Shown here one piece after another: positions 1 through 13,645 of a DNA stretch of 64,000 nt (positions within the stretch are counted from its first letter, which is position 1; each line of letters opens with the position of its first letter). The DNA comes from Octopus vulgaris. Taxonomy: Eukaryota. The position numbers were made by a program, and so were the translations under genes. Where the stretch lies: NCBI GenBank assembly GCA_951406725.2, contig OX597819.1:81840001-81904000 (forward strand). The letters run 5' to 3'. Below the pieces are notes generated by a model. It saw only the letters and a list, made by a program, of their open reading frames with translations, made no database searches and was not told the origin of the DNA.

Positions 1-291
1 CTATTTAACGCGCTTTTGACTAATAAAAATCGGCCATACTTCGTGTTCTGTGGAATAGATCAGTCTGGACACCAACATCCAGGTTGATCTACCACGTAGG
101 ACATTCAGTGAAAGAGCTGATGTAGCTAAGATGTTTAAAACCACCACCTGATTTGAACTGACCAATGGAGGCCTAAATGATTTTCCCCAGAAGTTATTTA
201 AAAGTTGCTTTGAATTCTCTGTACTCCGAACATCTGCTGATATAAACTTGTTCTACGCTCATGAAATTTCAATAATGAGGAGTCAAACTCT

Positions 292-292
<1 letters not shown>

Positions 293-345
<53 letters not shown>
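293..345. repeat. (TATC)n microsatellite
   Basis: Direct tetranucleotide run. Confidence 0.97.
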
Positions 346-346
<1 letters not shown>

Positions 347-380
347 CCCCCCTCTCTCTCTATATATATATAGATATATA

Positions 381-603
381 TACTCTTTACTCTTTTACTT
401 GTTTCAGTCATTTGACTGCGGCCATGCTGGAGCACCGCCTTTAATCGAGCAACTCGACCCCGGGACTTATTCCTTTTTGTAAGCCCAGTACTTATTCTAT
501 CGGTCTCTTTTTGCCGAACCGCTAAGTAACGGGGACATAAACACACCAGCATCAGTTGTCAAGCAATGCTAGGGGGACAAACACAGACACACAAACACAC
601 ACA

Positions 604-655
<52 letters not shown>

Positions 656-823
656 TATATACATATATACGACGGGCTTCTTTCAGTTTCTGTCTACCAA
701 ATCCACTCACAAGGCTTTGGTCGGCCCGAGGCTACAGTAGAAGACACTTGCCCGCGGTGCCACGCAGTGGGACTGAACCCGGAACCGTGTGGTTGGTAAA
801 CAAGCTACTTAACACACAGCCAC
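381..823 (-). mobile_element. tRNA-derived SINE, family A (octopus-type, internal TA/CA microsatellite)
   Basis: Minus strand begins GTGGCTGTGTGTTAAG (A-box-like) ... GGTTCAGTCCC (B-box), then GGGCAAGTGTCTT, an internal (TA)n and a short AGAGTAAA repeat tail. Near-identical copy at 10329-10750. Confidence 0.9.
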
Positions 824-909
824 ATAAACACATACATATACACACACATATATATATATCTACACATACATATATAATACATACATACATACAAACATCT
901 CTCCCCCCT

Positions 910-1065
910 CTCTCTCTCTATATATATTGCAATTTCTGTCTGTCTGTTACCAACTTGGTGCCTAAACCGCCGAATTAATATTCACGAAACTTTGCATACA
1001 CGTGACACTAACATCCAGTTCTATAATAGGCTATTTAGATTTCAATAAAAATCTATAATGTGTCC
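910..1065 (+). mobile_element. 5' fragment of a non-autonomous Helitron-like element
   Basis: TCTATATATA start followed by CTGTCTGTCTGT and CACGAAACTTTG, the same layout as the Helitron 5' ends near 13072 and 46039. No 3' end seen. Confidence 0.45.
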
Positions 1066-1252
1066 TCAGGGGCGTTGGGCAAATTATATGATAAAATGAG
1101 AAGGTTGCAAAATTACAAGTTTGAGGTAGTAACACAAAGAAGGTGAGTTATATCAGTGAAAGCGATAACAGCAGTGAAAATAGGATGACAATGTTAATAA
1201 AGCTGATATATACACACGACGCCACATACATACCCTCGTAGATACATAGATA

Positions 1253-1530
1253 AACACACACACACGCACACACACACACGCACATACACATACACACACG
1301 CACATACACACACGCACACACACACACACGCGCACACACACAGAAAGGTGGGTGTGAGGAATACATACGTATCTTTAAGGAGAGAGGGGGTAGGTGGCTT
1401 TTCTGTCCATCGTAAAGAAACACTCACTCACAGACACATACACTCACACGCACTCATTCACACGTACACACACACACACACACACACACACTCATACATA
1501 ATACATACATAAATACATAATACATATATA
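1253..1530. repeat. Compound (CA)n/(CATA)n microsatellites
   Basis: Direct simple repeats. Confidence 0.9.
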
Positions 1531-1726
1531 CATATGTCTACTATACACCATTTTAAACTCGTGACTACGTGTGTGTACATATTGACCTGGGTTTGGTGAT
1601 AATAATGGGAGTGGAACTAAAACGGGAACTGAACAGGGAATGGAATAGGACATGAAATAGTGTAATGGGAATGGGAATTGGAAATAACTCCTACTTTTCC
1701 GAATATTACCTGGTAATTCAGTTAGA

Positions 1727-1732
<6 letters not shown>

Positions 1733-1798
<66 letters not shown>

Positions 1799-1962
1799 GT
1801 ATTGTGTGTGTGTGTATATATGTGTATATATATATATATGTTTATATATATATATGTGTGTATATATATATGTATATATATATATATGTGTATGTGTATA
1901 TATATATGTGTGTATATATATGTATATATATATGTGAGTATATATATATATATGTATTAATA

Positions 1963-2011
<49 letters not shown>
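1733..2011. repeat. Compound (TA)n/(TG)n microsatellite
   Basis: Direct simple repeats. Confidence 0.95.
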
Positions 2012-2014
<3 letters not shown>

Positions 2015-2441
2015 ACAAGAAATAAATTTTGCTTCTTTTTATGGAAACAAAAATGGTTTATAGGACTGCAAAAAGAAGTGTTCAAACGAGATAGAGACAA
2101 AGACAAAAAGAAATTAATTAGAGAACAAACATCAAATTTGGGCCAACGACTTTATATAACATTACGTTTCCATACATTTCATTATATATAACCATTACCA
2201 TGGCCTTCAATATATAAAAGAAATACATATATAAAAGCACAGAAGGTAAAACATATATATATGCAAAATATATAGAAAGGCCTATCAAGAAAAGGTATAT
2301 ACAAATTGACTAAAACAGGTAATCAAAAGGAATTACTAAAACATGTCAATCGACAAAAAAAAATTTTTACTCCTCAAAAAATCTCAAAATAGTTCGTTTT
2401 TAAAAAAGCAATCCATGGTGGGTCGAAGTCTAAGGAGCATG

Positions 2442-2696
2442 TACACACACACACACACACACATACACACACACACACACACATACACACACACACATAC
2501 ACACACATACATACACACACAGACAGACACACACACACACACATACACACAAACACACACATTCATATAAGTATGCATGTATATATGTACACACGCAGAT
2601 AGATGCATATTTGTATATTGATGTATATAAATATATATTTATATTTGTTATATTTATGCACACACATATACATACTCACACACACACACACACACA
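2442..2696. repeat. Compound (CA)n microsatellite
   Basis: Direct simple repeats. Confidence 0.9.
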
Positions 2697-3799
2697 TTAT
2701 GCGAATATTATTGCAAATTTTCATTCAGGTATGAATTAATTGTTGATCACATTTTAAAAAGTCCTTACGTTGAAAACTCAAGAACCGGCATTTACTTTAA
2801 AATCATTAGAAATTTACTTCAATATCTTCCTTTGTTTTCAGAACGGAAAATATGGTAACGAATTTTGAATTGTCGGAGATAATTGTGTGACGATTCTCGA
2901 AGAAAAATTGCAGAAGAGAAGTTAATTAGCAGCACTGAAAGAATACAATTCAGAGTAAATTACATATGCCCTAGGCCAAAAAAACTAAAGATAAAGAAAC
3001 AGGACTTCTACATTATACTTCATTCTTTTAAAATGGCGGTTGGATATTCTTTATTTCTCCTTAAAAATCAATGCTAAGAAAACACTACAAATTCTATTGT
3101 GAGGAAATCTGGGTCGCTTGGAGTTATCAGTAAAGTGTTATAATTGTAGAAGACACAGGCATGATGAATAATTGTTTAAAATTTTGCATGAAGTGCCATG
3201 CAACATTACTATCAAACATTTCCATATAAGAAAACATATTTGATATATGGCGTGCATATATTTCAAATATATATATCTTTATTGCAAAGATATTAATTGT
3301 AGCGTATAACTTAAAACGATTTTTGTAAGTGTAAGACTGACAATTACTCAGTCTTGGTTTTCAAGATTATTGGCCTGGCAGTAGAAATAGAATTTCTTGT
3401 ACAAGTTCACAAATATATCTTTACCCACGGATCTGCATGGGAGGATAATAACCGTAAAGCCGTGACAGTAGAGTTGTCGTCCTTTGGCTTTCCGAAAACA
3501 CTTAAGAGTTGCTGCCAAAAATAGTTTTTATTTTGAAGCAACGTTTAATATGCTTGAATCTTGATATCTATATGTCATAAATATTAAACTTGTTTTCGCA
3601 CATGTATTACATTCCAGTTTTTGTTGTTGTGTTATCAAAGTGTATCAGATATGTCCTCGATACTACTCATTATGTGTTGTTTGACTGTAGCTGTATGTCT
3701 AATTCTAATGTTTTTTCTTTTTCAACATTTTCTTTTGTTCCATTCCCTCTCTCTCTCAATCTTCATGTTGTACAATAACACTTAACCACTGCAATATAT

Positions 3800-4053
3800 T
3801 CCTTTATTCTTTTAGTTGTTTCAGTCATTTGACTGCAGCCATGCTGGAGCATCGCCCTGAAGGATTTTAGTGGAACAAGTCGACCTTAAGGTTTATTTTT
3901 TTAAAGTCTAGTACTTATTCTAAGGACTTTTTTGCCGAACCGCTAAGTTACGGGGACGTAAACACACCAACACCGTATGTTAAGTGATGATGGAGACAAA
4001 CATAAAAACATAGGCACATACACATTATCTATCTATCTATCTATCTATCTATA

Positions 4054-4120
<67 letters not shown>

Positions 4121-4292
4121 ATACGACGGGCTTCCTTTCAGTTCCCGTCTACCATATCGACTCACAAGGCTTTCGTGAGCCCGAGGTTATAGTAGAAGAC
4201 ACTTTCCCACCAAGATGCTACGCAGTGAGACTGAACCTGGAACCATGTGGGTTGGGAAGCAAGCTTCTTACCACACAACGGCGACTGTACCT
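3800..4292 (-). mobile_element. tRNA-derived SINE family A, diverged copy with internal (TATC)n
   Basis: Colinear with 381-823 (TTTCAGTCATTTGACTGC, TTGCCGAACCGCTAAGT, ATACGACGGGCTT, GAACCATGTGG). Confidence 0.88.
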
Positions 4293-5507
4293 ATATCTTT
4301 ATTTTCTATATACAGTCTAGTTCCTGCGAATAATGACCTTTAAACAACTTAACTAACAGAAAAATCAACGAACACGTGATATTTAAATGCACTTCACCTG
4401 TGAAAGCCGGTACTGGGTGTCTTTTTATAAAAGGGGCATATGAACAATAATAGAATCCACAGGAAAGATGACGTTCACTCAATGGCTGACAAAATAAAGT
4501 ATGTGTAATTGTCACATCTAAAACTTACAGATGCGTAATTACAAATATATTGTATATTGGCGAAAATTGGAGCAGTTTAATCAGATATAAACAATGATGA
4601 TAAAGCTCAACACATAGAATTTGTAAATTTCATGCGTGGACACTGAATATAAAATCTATAGATAAAATTTCTTTTAAAATTTTGTATAAAAAGATTATCA
4701 AGGAGGTAGTCGTTAATATAAAATACAATGTACAGCTCCTGTAAGATATTATTAAAGAACAGATTCGAAGTAGAGCTATTAGAGTAAACAAACAAAAATT
4801 AACTTATGTTTCCATATATAAAATACACAAAGCGATAAAACACGAATTCTATCGTTTTTTTAAAAAAGACTTATTACATTTAAATAGGAATCATAAGACT
4901 CCAAATTAATGGAGGAATGAAAGACTATATGGATTTTGAATGGATTTAAACCCGACCAGAATCCGTGGAGAGAAAACAGAGGAAAGAGACTAAATAAAAC
5001 TTTATGAACCACTTTATGCGGAATCATATTAATTGCTAAAATATAAACATGCAACCAAAATATTTCATTGAAATAATAAAGATGGGATTATAAATATAAT
5101 TCGCTATCCGATTTTCAATATCTTTTGTTTTCTCATCAGGCTGAAATCATTATTAGCAAACAAAATAAGGCACCAAATACTACTGTTTCTACTAAACAAT
5201 ACTGAATAAGCATTCACTCACGAAAACAGATGGCTCTTATGTAAACACTTTGTTATATTACAAAGATGAACGACTTTAATATGTTAACAGAATGAAAGTA
5301 ACTTTAATAAATGATGATTCGAATGACAAACACTAATGAAAAGAAGTAAATGTAAAAACATCAAGTACTGACAAGAGTACTCGGAACAATAAAAGATATG
5401 GATGTAAACTGGAAATGTCTGAAAACAGATTCTAAGAAAATTTTCTCTCACAAACACCACAGACTGATCGTGAATTGCTATAAGTTATATATATATATAT
5501 ATATATA

Positions 5508-6593
5508 CAGCAGTGTCCTCCAAGGGACTGTCTTGGGTCCGCTACTCTTCATAATTTACATAAACGACCTTTCCAGTGTCGTACATTACTGCAAAGTGAA
5601 AATATTTGCTGATGACACTAAGCTCCAGCAAATCGTCAATGAAGAAGCAGACCGAACTCAACTCCAGTCTGATCTATATGCTATGAGTCAATGGGCAGAC
5701 AGAAACAAAATGCAACTGAATGAGGGAAAATTTGAGCTGATGCATTTTGGAAGAAATTCCTCACTAAAACAGCCATACTCTCTTCCTTCAGGGGAACCGC
5801 TCACAGCCTCTAACAATATCAGAGACCTGGGTGTAATTGTTGATGACGATCTCAGTTGGAGTGCACACATCAACAAGAAGGTCGATATAGCTCGTAGGAT
5901 GAGTTCCTGGATCTTAAGAACTTTCCGGTCCAGAGAACAAGGTGTCATCATACCACTTTTCTCCTCCTTTGTACGGCCACACCTCGAATATTGCTGCCCA
6001 CTGTGGTCTCCCCATACAATACAAAACATCTCCAGGATTGAGTCACCCCAGAGGGTACTCACTAAACGAATTGAAGGCATGGCTGCTCTCGATTATTGGG
6101 ATCGCCTTAAAGCCTTGAAACTTTACTCTCTCCAGCGTCGCCGTGAGCGGTACATCATTTGTACGATGTGGAGAATATACCGCCAACTTTGCCCAAACGA
6201 CCTTAACATTAGCTTCAAGGTTCATACAAGACTGGGACCACGGGCCATACGTCCCATGCCCAATTCAAGATCACAGCATACATGTACACTGCAACATAAT
6301 TTCTTTTCCTCAACAGGCCCTGCCCTATTTAACATTGTCCCGAGGGAGATCAAAGAGGAAAAGGATCCCATCAACTTTAAACGGAGTCTGGATAGATTCC
6401 TTCAAAGAATACCAGATAAGCCACCCATAATTGGATACAACTCACCCAACAAGAACTCACTACTTGAATGGACCATAAACAAAACTTGACTTAAACAGGA
6501 TTCGAATAATCCTATCAGGTGGTGCTATTAAGTTAGACATGGCCTGGACCAATCTTTGGTCGAAACATATCTAAGTTTTTATCTAAGTTTTTT
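5508..6593 (+). mobile_element. 5'-truncated CR1-group LINE, ORF2 RT C-terminal part and 3' UTR
   Basis: Open frame with QGTVLGPLLFIIYINDL, FADDTKL, RDLGVIVD, RPHLEYC and LQRRRER up to the stop at 6489. 3' tail is the tandem ATCTAAGTTTTT x2. Both ends abut (TA)n. Confidence 0.92.
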
Positions 6594-6809
6594 ATATATA
6601 TATATAGATATATATGGATGAATGAATTATCCTTTGTTTACCGTTAACTTGGAACAATCAATACACAGTTACCAGGGTAGCAAAATTCACGCAAGTAACA
6701 CGGATGAAGCGACCTATTCAAAGGTAGAAACTCCGGGTTAATGTGCAGTAATTTGTGTGGTATAAGTAAATAAATGGAGTTGAACGAAGATGTAATAAAA
6801 ATTCTTTTA

Positions 6810-6891
6810 CCTTCGATATATATTTCGAAGACAACATTGGTTTTATTCCAAAGGAATAAATGTGTAAAATGCAATCTTCTCATCAGGAAAG
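6810..6891 (-). ncRNA. Type I hammerhead ribozyme (PLE/retrozyme type)
   Basis: Minus strand reads CTTTC-CTGATGA-GAAGAT...GTCTTC-GAAA-TATATA-TC-GAAGG. Stems I and II pair, stem III is palindromic (ATATATAT) and the cleavage triplet is AUC. Confidence 0.8.
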
Positions 6892-6933
6892 AAAGAGAGC
6901 CTATCTCAACAACAAGACATTATAACAAATAAT

Positions 6934-6969
<36 letters not shown>

Positions 6970-7029
6970 AATAATATACATATGCATACATGCATATATA
7001 TATATACATATATACATACATGCATACAT

Positions 7030-7060
<31 letters not shown>

Positions 7061-7652
7061 ATATATATATATGTGTGTGTGTATGCATACATAGGTACAA
7101 GACATCACCAACTGTAAACAATATGAAGTATGAAAATAAACGTGTTAAATACGCAAACAACGAGAGAAAAAATGGAAAACAGGACAAGTAACACAAAGAA
7201 TGACCCTTCATCAGTTGTCGGCTGTCTATCTACTCCTCATTTTGAACTTTCAACGACAATATAAGTCTTCGAAGACAGTTGTTCCCATAAATTTCAAAAT
7301 AAAATTTTTGAGTTATAGAGGGTCAAGTCGGGAGTAAAAACAGGGCAGTGGAGACATACAAGGAAACCAAAGGAAAACAAACACGGAGGGTCGTTAGACC
7401 AGAACGAGGGGAAAATAGTGAACGGTGGGGGAAATATTTTCTTTGAAAAGAGAAAAATAGAAGAGCGAGATAGGATACGTCCAGTCCTTAAAACGTCGTG
7501 CAGGAAAAGAAAAATGCTCATGTGAGGAAAAGAAAGATGGACGATGGTCACTCGTGAACAACGAGAAAGGGAAAAAGAGAAAGAGGGAGAAAAAGAGACA
7601 CTTAAAAAACGGTGAAGGGGAGAAAAAGGGAATTAGAGAAGTATGGGGAGAA

Positions 7653-7714
<62 letters not shown>

Positions 7715-8591
7715 TTAAAAACAACTTATTGAGACATCAAATCAAAAATAAAGCAGGCATAAACAATAACGTCATTGTCGTAGGAATTCTAACGACATGA
7801 TAGCAAGCAATGATGAGAATAAAAACTGAAATAATATCAATGCAACTTACCACTTCGCATTATTATATGGTACGATGTAATATTTTTCTTTTGCAACTGC
7901 TGAGCTAAATGATATATACAGATTCAATACAGCTTCGATATACTGGGAATAAATTTCAGTGATAAAAATTTACACGTATTAAGTTTGTTAAATATTGTCG
8001 AAGAACCAAAAGTAACTAAATAAATTCACATGAAATGCTACAATTTAATTGAACGATAGCATACACGAATGGAATGTACCATTAAGTCACGAATTACACA
8101 AATGGCTCTTGAATTGGTAACAAAAGTAAAATATGCAGGTAACTAATGTAACAAACAATAATAGCAATCTTACTAAGTATCAAGGAAATAATAGTTTCAT
8201 TTACTATTCTTTATTGAAAAAGATAATCGTGATCGGTGAAAACCAAAACATGTTATTTATTAACATTCTCTGGTTCTTCTAAGTCATACTGTGCACTTAA
8301 ATATTTATACAGTACCACTATTATGGTGATTGGTTGATACGCTTAACACATCTCGCCTACAATGGTTTGAAAAGAAAATTTGTTTTCATCGTATGAAATC
8401 TAACTACAGTCTAATGACAACCTGGAGGTTTTAAAAATCTATTAAAGACAGCAAGAACTCGCTCGTGACTTTTGTTAAGCACTCCTATAAATACTGTCAT
8501 CATTGTAGCTGATACCTAGTATGAACTTCCGTACTAAATGTTATTACAAATAACGAAGTATATGCAAAACTAGACTTAAAATAATTTACTA

Positions 8592-8990
8592 ATACAGGCG
8601 CAAGATTTAATATTTGGTGGGTTGAGATTAGTCGATTAAAAGAACCTCACTGTTTAACTAGTATTTTATTGTATCGATGCCAGAGGGATAAAAGACAAGG
8701 TTGACTTCGTGCAGGATTTGAACTCAGAGTGTAAAGAGCTGGTAGAAATACCACAATGTATTTTTTCGATGCGCTGATAATTCTATCAACGTACTGTCCT
8801 TTAGTGATTTCGAATGTAAGCAAAAGACCAGAAATGTTGAGTGTAGTGGTTTAGTCAATTACATTAACCCCAGAACTTGCCCAATGCTTTATCCTATGAA
8901 TCACGTAAAGATGAAGATAAAAGTCAATGCCGACCAAGATGGAATTTAAGCTCTGTTAATAAAGAACTGGAACAAATACTTCAAAGTATC
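8592..8990 (-). mobile_element. Two decayed Nin/Deu-domain SINE copies (family B)
   Basis: Reverse-complement similarity to 13646-13877 (TAGTCGATTA, TTTGAACTCAG, TTTATC...GAAAG motifs). Confidence 0.6.
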
Positions 8991-8994
8991 GATC

Positions 8995-10070
8995 TGTTCG
9001 AGATGGCGCATATCTGTGCATCACGAATCAGATTGCCGACAACACTCACCAACCTCTTGGCCAAAATCTTGAACTCTGCGTTTAGAAGAGTTATGGGTCA
9101 AAAGTTATCAATATTGCCTCCTTTGTTTGGGTCCTTTCTCTTGTAGCACCACAGATCTTCGATTCCCAGAACTGGTGATTTTTCCGTTTTGTCACGGGTC
9201 GCAATGGATGTCTATGAAGAGGTCACTAAACAAGTCTGGCATATAAGCGTTAAGCTCGCAGAGCAGGCCACCCTATTACGTAATTTGCTTTTTGTACAGC
9301 TAACTATCACTCCCGTATCCCAATGTCTGTTATCAATTTTTCACGATAGTCCGTCTCCGCTGCCAAGAACTGCGGCGGACCATCAATGTAGACACGGCCT
9401 TAATTTTATGATCTAGTTCACCATTTGTCCCAAACAGTGAAGCAAAGTGCCGTTGAAAAGCCGCACCCACCTATTCTGAAATCAGATGTGTTTGTCAAAG
9501 AAATGTATCTTTGTAATCATGTGACGCCTTTGTAACTGGAGCCCCTTGAACAACTTTCGTTCTTTTGAGTCTTAAAGAATGCACATTAGATCAGACAACG
9601 CAGCCTTCGTGCTTCGTGTTGAAGCACTGTTTGAGAGTCAATTTTACTACGAACAGATCGGACGCGATAACTTTCATGTATACTTCTACGTTTCTAATTA
9701 GGTTTCCATTTAATTTAGTTTCCTCTATCGCTATTCCTTTACTAAACCTTATCGATTCTATTCTAATCGTGTTTTTCAAGGCGAACCGCTGTTCACTCTT
9801 GACAATTGCATCCGTCATCTTCCTCATAACTCATTTGCTAATCTTGTCTCCGTAAGCTTTGAGCACTGGGAAAGACGCGTTTAGCTTCCTGTAACCGGCT
9901 CCCTGCCCATGAAATCTATCTAGGTCAACTTACAGATCACAAATTTGTTGTCTAGGTTGCCAAAGTTTTGCGTGCATTTAATTAAAATGTTGAGACGCAT
10001 CTGTTTATGTTAGTGCTGCCAACCCTTTGGTGAGTAAATCTTACCGCTCCTTCATAGGCAGAGGACATCG
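8995..10070 (-). mobile_element. Decayed L1/Tx1-clade LINE ORF2 fragment
   Basis: Minus strand translates KDPNKGGNIDNF*PITLLNAEFKILAKRLVSVVGNLIRDAQICAI (RT N-terminal RPITLLN motif), preceded by linker FALKNTIRIESIRFSK...GCVV. Multiple stops. Confidence 0.75.
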
Positions 10071-10328
10071 TATCCAAATGTAATATATTGTATATAAAGT
10101 GTTAGAATGTGAAAAGGCAAACCTTATGTTAGGTAAACATTAGGTGAGCATTAGGTAAACAGGGTAGACGCAGAAACGTTCTAAAGGCTTCTCTTTGCAA
10201 AGTACTCAAAACCGTGTTTTAAATGAAGTCGTGTTAAAATTCCAATTACTTTGAGAACTCAATGACGTGCATTTGCTCATGGCAAACAGGACAATAACGA
10301 CAACGACGACAACAGCAACAATTTCGCA

Positions 10329-10750
10329 TACTCTTACTCTTTACTCTTTTACTTGTTTCAGTCATTTGACTGCGGCCATGCTGGAGCACCGCCTTTAGTC
10401 GAGCAAATCGACCCCGGGACTTATTCTTTGTAAGCCTAGTACTTATTCTATCGTTCTCTTTTGCCGAACCGCTAAGTGACGGGGACATAACACACCAGCA
10501 TCGGTTGTCAAGCAATGCTAGGGGGACAAACACAGACACACAAACACATACACACACATATATATATATATATACATACATATATACGACAGGCTTCTTT
10601 CAGTTTCCGTCTACCAAATCCACTCACAAGGCATTGGTCGGCCCGGGGCTATAGCAGAAGACACTTGCCCAAGATGCCACGCAGTGGGACTGAACCCAGA
10701 ACCATGTGGTTGGTTAGCAAGCTACTTACCACACAGCCACTCCTGCGCCT
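10329..10750 (-). mobile_element. tRNA-derived SINE family A, full length
   Basis: Minus-strand head GGCGCAGGAGTGGCTGTGTGGTAAG...GGTTCAGTCCC through to the AGAGTAAA tail. Confidence 0.92.
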
Positions 10751-11680
10751 ATGAATGCAAAGGCTTACAGGGGTTAAGAATTAACAAAAATGCAAGGTAC
10801 AACACAGAAGTTTCACATTTAGTTGTGTTAAAAGTAAACAACAAAACAAGTAGTAATACAAATACTAATAACGGAAAATGACCAATACGAGGCAGCCACC
10901 GAGGAGTAATCAAGGAATCCTACAGATCTAGGCTAACCTTGATCCCCAAAGGCAAGGTCCTACAAGACACAATGTTTGCAAAGATCGATATACACCATAA
11001 TTTTTTCAATTATAAAGACTATAAATCTCCCAGAAAGCAAGAAAATTACACAAGCTAACACAGTTTCAGACTCAAACCTTTGCAGTTACTATTTGAAAAA
11101 ACTGTGACAAAACAATAGGAACATTGTAAACAATAATGATACTATTATCAGCCGTAGAAGCGTCTTCTTTTATTAGAGTTTTAAGTCAAATGAATGCGAT
11201 TAATGTAAAGCTACTCCATGCAAAAGAAAATATTGAAAGAGCTATGATGCAAATATTGACTGTGCCTTATTGCCAAAGAAATTTGTTCACGGAAAGCAAG
11301 CATTGAAAAAATTTCATTACTTTCGTTTCGTAAAGAGATACAAATAAATGATATAAAGTAATGGAGAGAATTTACATACACCCTCAAAATAAAAGGTGAA
11401 GGGGAACCTAGTCCATAACTAGCGAAATGTACTCTTCCTTGACTAGGGTAGAGTGTACAGAAAAGTCTGCCTCTTATTTAAAAATGATGATGAGGTGAAA
11501 AAACAAATAGAGGTCGTGCGCTACACTCTGGATGTTACGATGTCTTCTGCAGAAATCATAGCATCAGCCTGCGCGCTGCATGTCCAGTCAGATTAACAAA
11601 TAAAAAAGTGAACAAGCTAAAAACAAAAGTTTATCTGAAAATGATAATCGCTCTCCTCCCTGGAAAATGTGTTGTTCCTA

Positions 11681-11724
<44 letters not shown>

Positions 11725-12171
11725 ATACATGCTAATTAAACTTTTGCTTGTTCAGAATACATTGCTTCTAAACTTGGAACAACTTATTTTAGAGGGAGAA
11801 GTGAAGTTATCTATAAACAAATACACACACACACACACATATATTTATGGATGGATGGATGACAGATAAAAGTACATGAATGTAGGCAATATAATTTTAA
11901 TTAATATCAGCGAGATACTAATTGAGAATGCCCTACGATTCATTGGTAGTTGGTGCTACGACTTTATGTGAATTAAACAAACGAAAAGAAAGGTAGAATG
12001 GAATATTTAGCACATGTTACCTCGAATGACATTTCATTGTTCATTGTTCACTCCCTCAGCTGCTGTTGAACTAAATAAATTAGTCACCCAACACGCAACG
12101 ATTGTTGCCAACAAGAGTTTATAGTATACTAGTAGAGATACCCGGCCTTGCTCGAGATTAAAATGGGATAG

Positions 12172-12317
12172 TTTTTTATTGTTTTACATGTTTCGGTCAT
12201 GTGACTGCGGTCATGCTGGAGCACCGCCCACTAATTATTCTATCAACGTATTTTGCCGAACCGCTAAGTTAGGCATGTAGACACACCAACATCGGTTGTA
12301 AAGCAATGGTGGGGTAC

Positions 12318-12353
<36 letters not shown>

Positions 12354-12452
12354 ACACACACACACTAATATACGCATATAAGCGACAATGTTTTTTCAGT
12401 TTCCGTGTACGAAATCCACTCACAAGAGTTTGGTGGGCTAGAGGCTATAATG
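12172..12452 (-). mobile_element. SINE family A, headless and internally deleted copy
   Basis: GACTGCGGTCATGCTGGAGCACCGCC, TTGCCGAACCGCTAAG and AAATCCACTCACAAG blocks. Confidence 0.8.
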
Positions 12453-12688
12453 TATATATATAAGAAATAAAAGTGGTGGGGGTTGACGTGTAGGTGTACT
12501 TGTAAACATTGACCAATTTGGCTGGTATTTCTAGCACGTCCTGCTACCACTGAACAGGTATTTGCGAATAGCTGTTACGTGGTAGCAGCGCGTGCTACAC
12601 TAACCCGTACCTGTGTGCGCAGTAAAAAATCTGATTAAAAATAATCAAGAATTTGCAAACGTTATTGTCGGGCTTCTCATATCATTAA

Positions 12689-13072
12689 CTAGCAGTATCG
12701 CCCGGCGTTGCTCAGGTTTGTAAGGGAAATAACTATAAAGCATTTTTAGAGAGTTATAGCCAAAAAATAGCAAAAAAATGGAAAAAAATTATGGTAAATT
12801 TTTTTTGAGATTTAAAAAAGGTGGAGTTGCGTCCCCTAGACAGTTTGTGGTTCGTGTTTCTGATTCTCGACCCTATGTGGAATTTATCGATTCTTTTCAG
12901 AACTGGGGGAACTTTTCAAAATTTTCGCTGCGTTAGTTTTGAATTATGACATTGGGCTATGTGTGTGTCAAGTTTCATCAGAATCGGTTGAAAGCCGTGG
13001 TCAGGGTGAGGGTACAAGCAAACAGACACACAGAAACACGCACAGACAAACTGCCGTTTATATATAGAGAGA
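12689..13072 (-). mobile_element. Non-autonomous Helitron (inner, complete)
   Basis: Minus strand 5' TCTCTCTATATATAAA...GTCTGT and 3' hairpin (CCCGGCGTTGCTCAGG on +) followed by CTAG. Inserted between A and T with no TSD. Confidence 0.75.
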
Positions 13073-13645
13073 TAATATCTGATACAAGTTACCGCCCCTT
13101 GTATCGTCCGACATGTTTGTTTATATTCGCGAGTGCCCGTTTTCTATGTTTTATTTTTTAGTATAAAATATTTAAGAATAGACAAATCTTCCTAATTTTT
13201 TTGTATATTTCATTTATTTTGGATATATATTTCCCATTTTCATATTTTTTAAAGAAATTAGGCGTCATTTTCTTGGAGAGGTGCGTTTCTAAAAAAGCGC
13301 CGAAAAGTGTACGCGTACCGTTGCATAGACGTGGTGGGTTCAAATCCCAGGCGAATTGAGAGTAGTCTATTTATGTTGGGGGCGGGGAATTTCGAGGAAA
13401 CAATTATAAGAAAATGCGTCCTGAGTCAAAGAGAGCACACCTGTCAAATTTGGTGAAATTCGGTTGAAAATTGTAGGAGTAGAAGTGGTTCACACAACAC
13501 ACAACTTGCCTTTTAATATATAAGATAGATCAATCAGGGATGAACAATGGAATGAGAATTAATTACTGTCTATGAAAGGTAGAAAAATACCTTCATAGTG
13601 TGGGGAGGATATAAGCTGTGACGCTTAAATATATTACTGGGATTA

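Larger units (their letters stand above)
12129..13529 (-). mobile_element. Non-autonomous Helitron (outer) carrying nested inserts
   Basis: 3' CTAG at 12129-12132 with adjacent GC hairpin (CCCGGCCTTGCTCGAG). 5' TC...TATATATTAAAAGGCAAG end near 13525-13529. Confidence 0.55.

Noticed and set aside
5398-5507. N-terminus of the 363-aa ORF
   Set aside because: Chance read-through of flanking DNA and (TA)n. LINE homology starts at ~5508.
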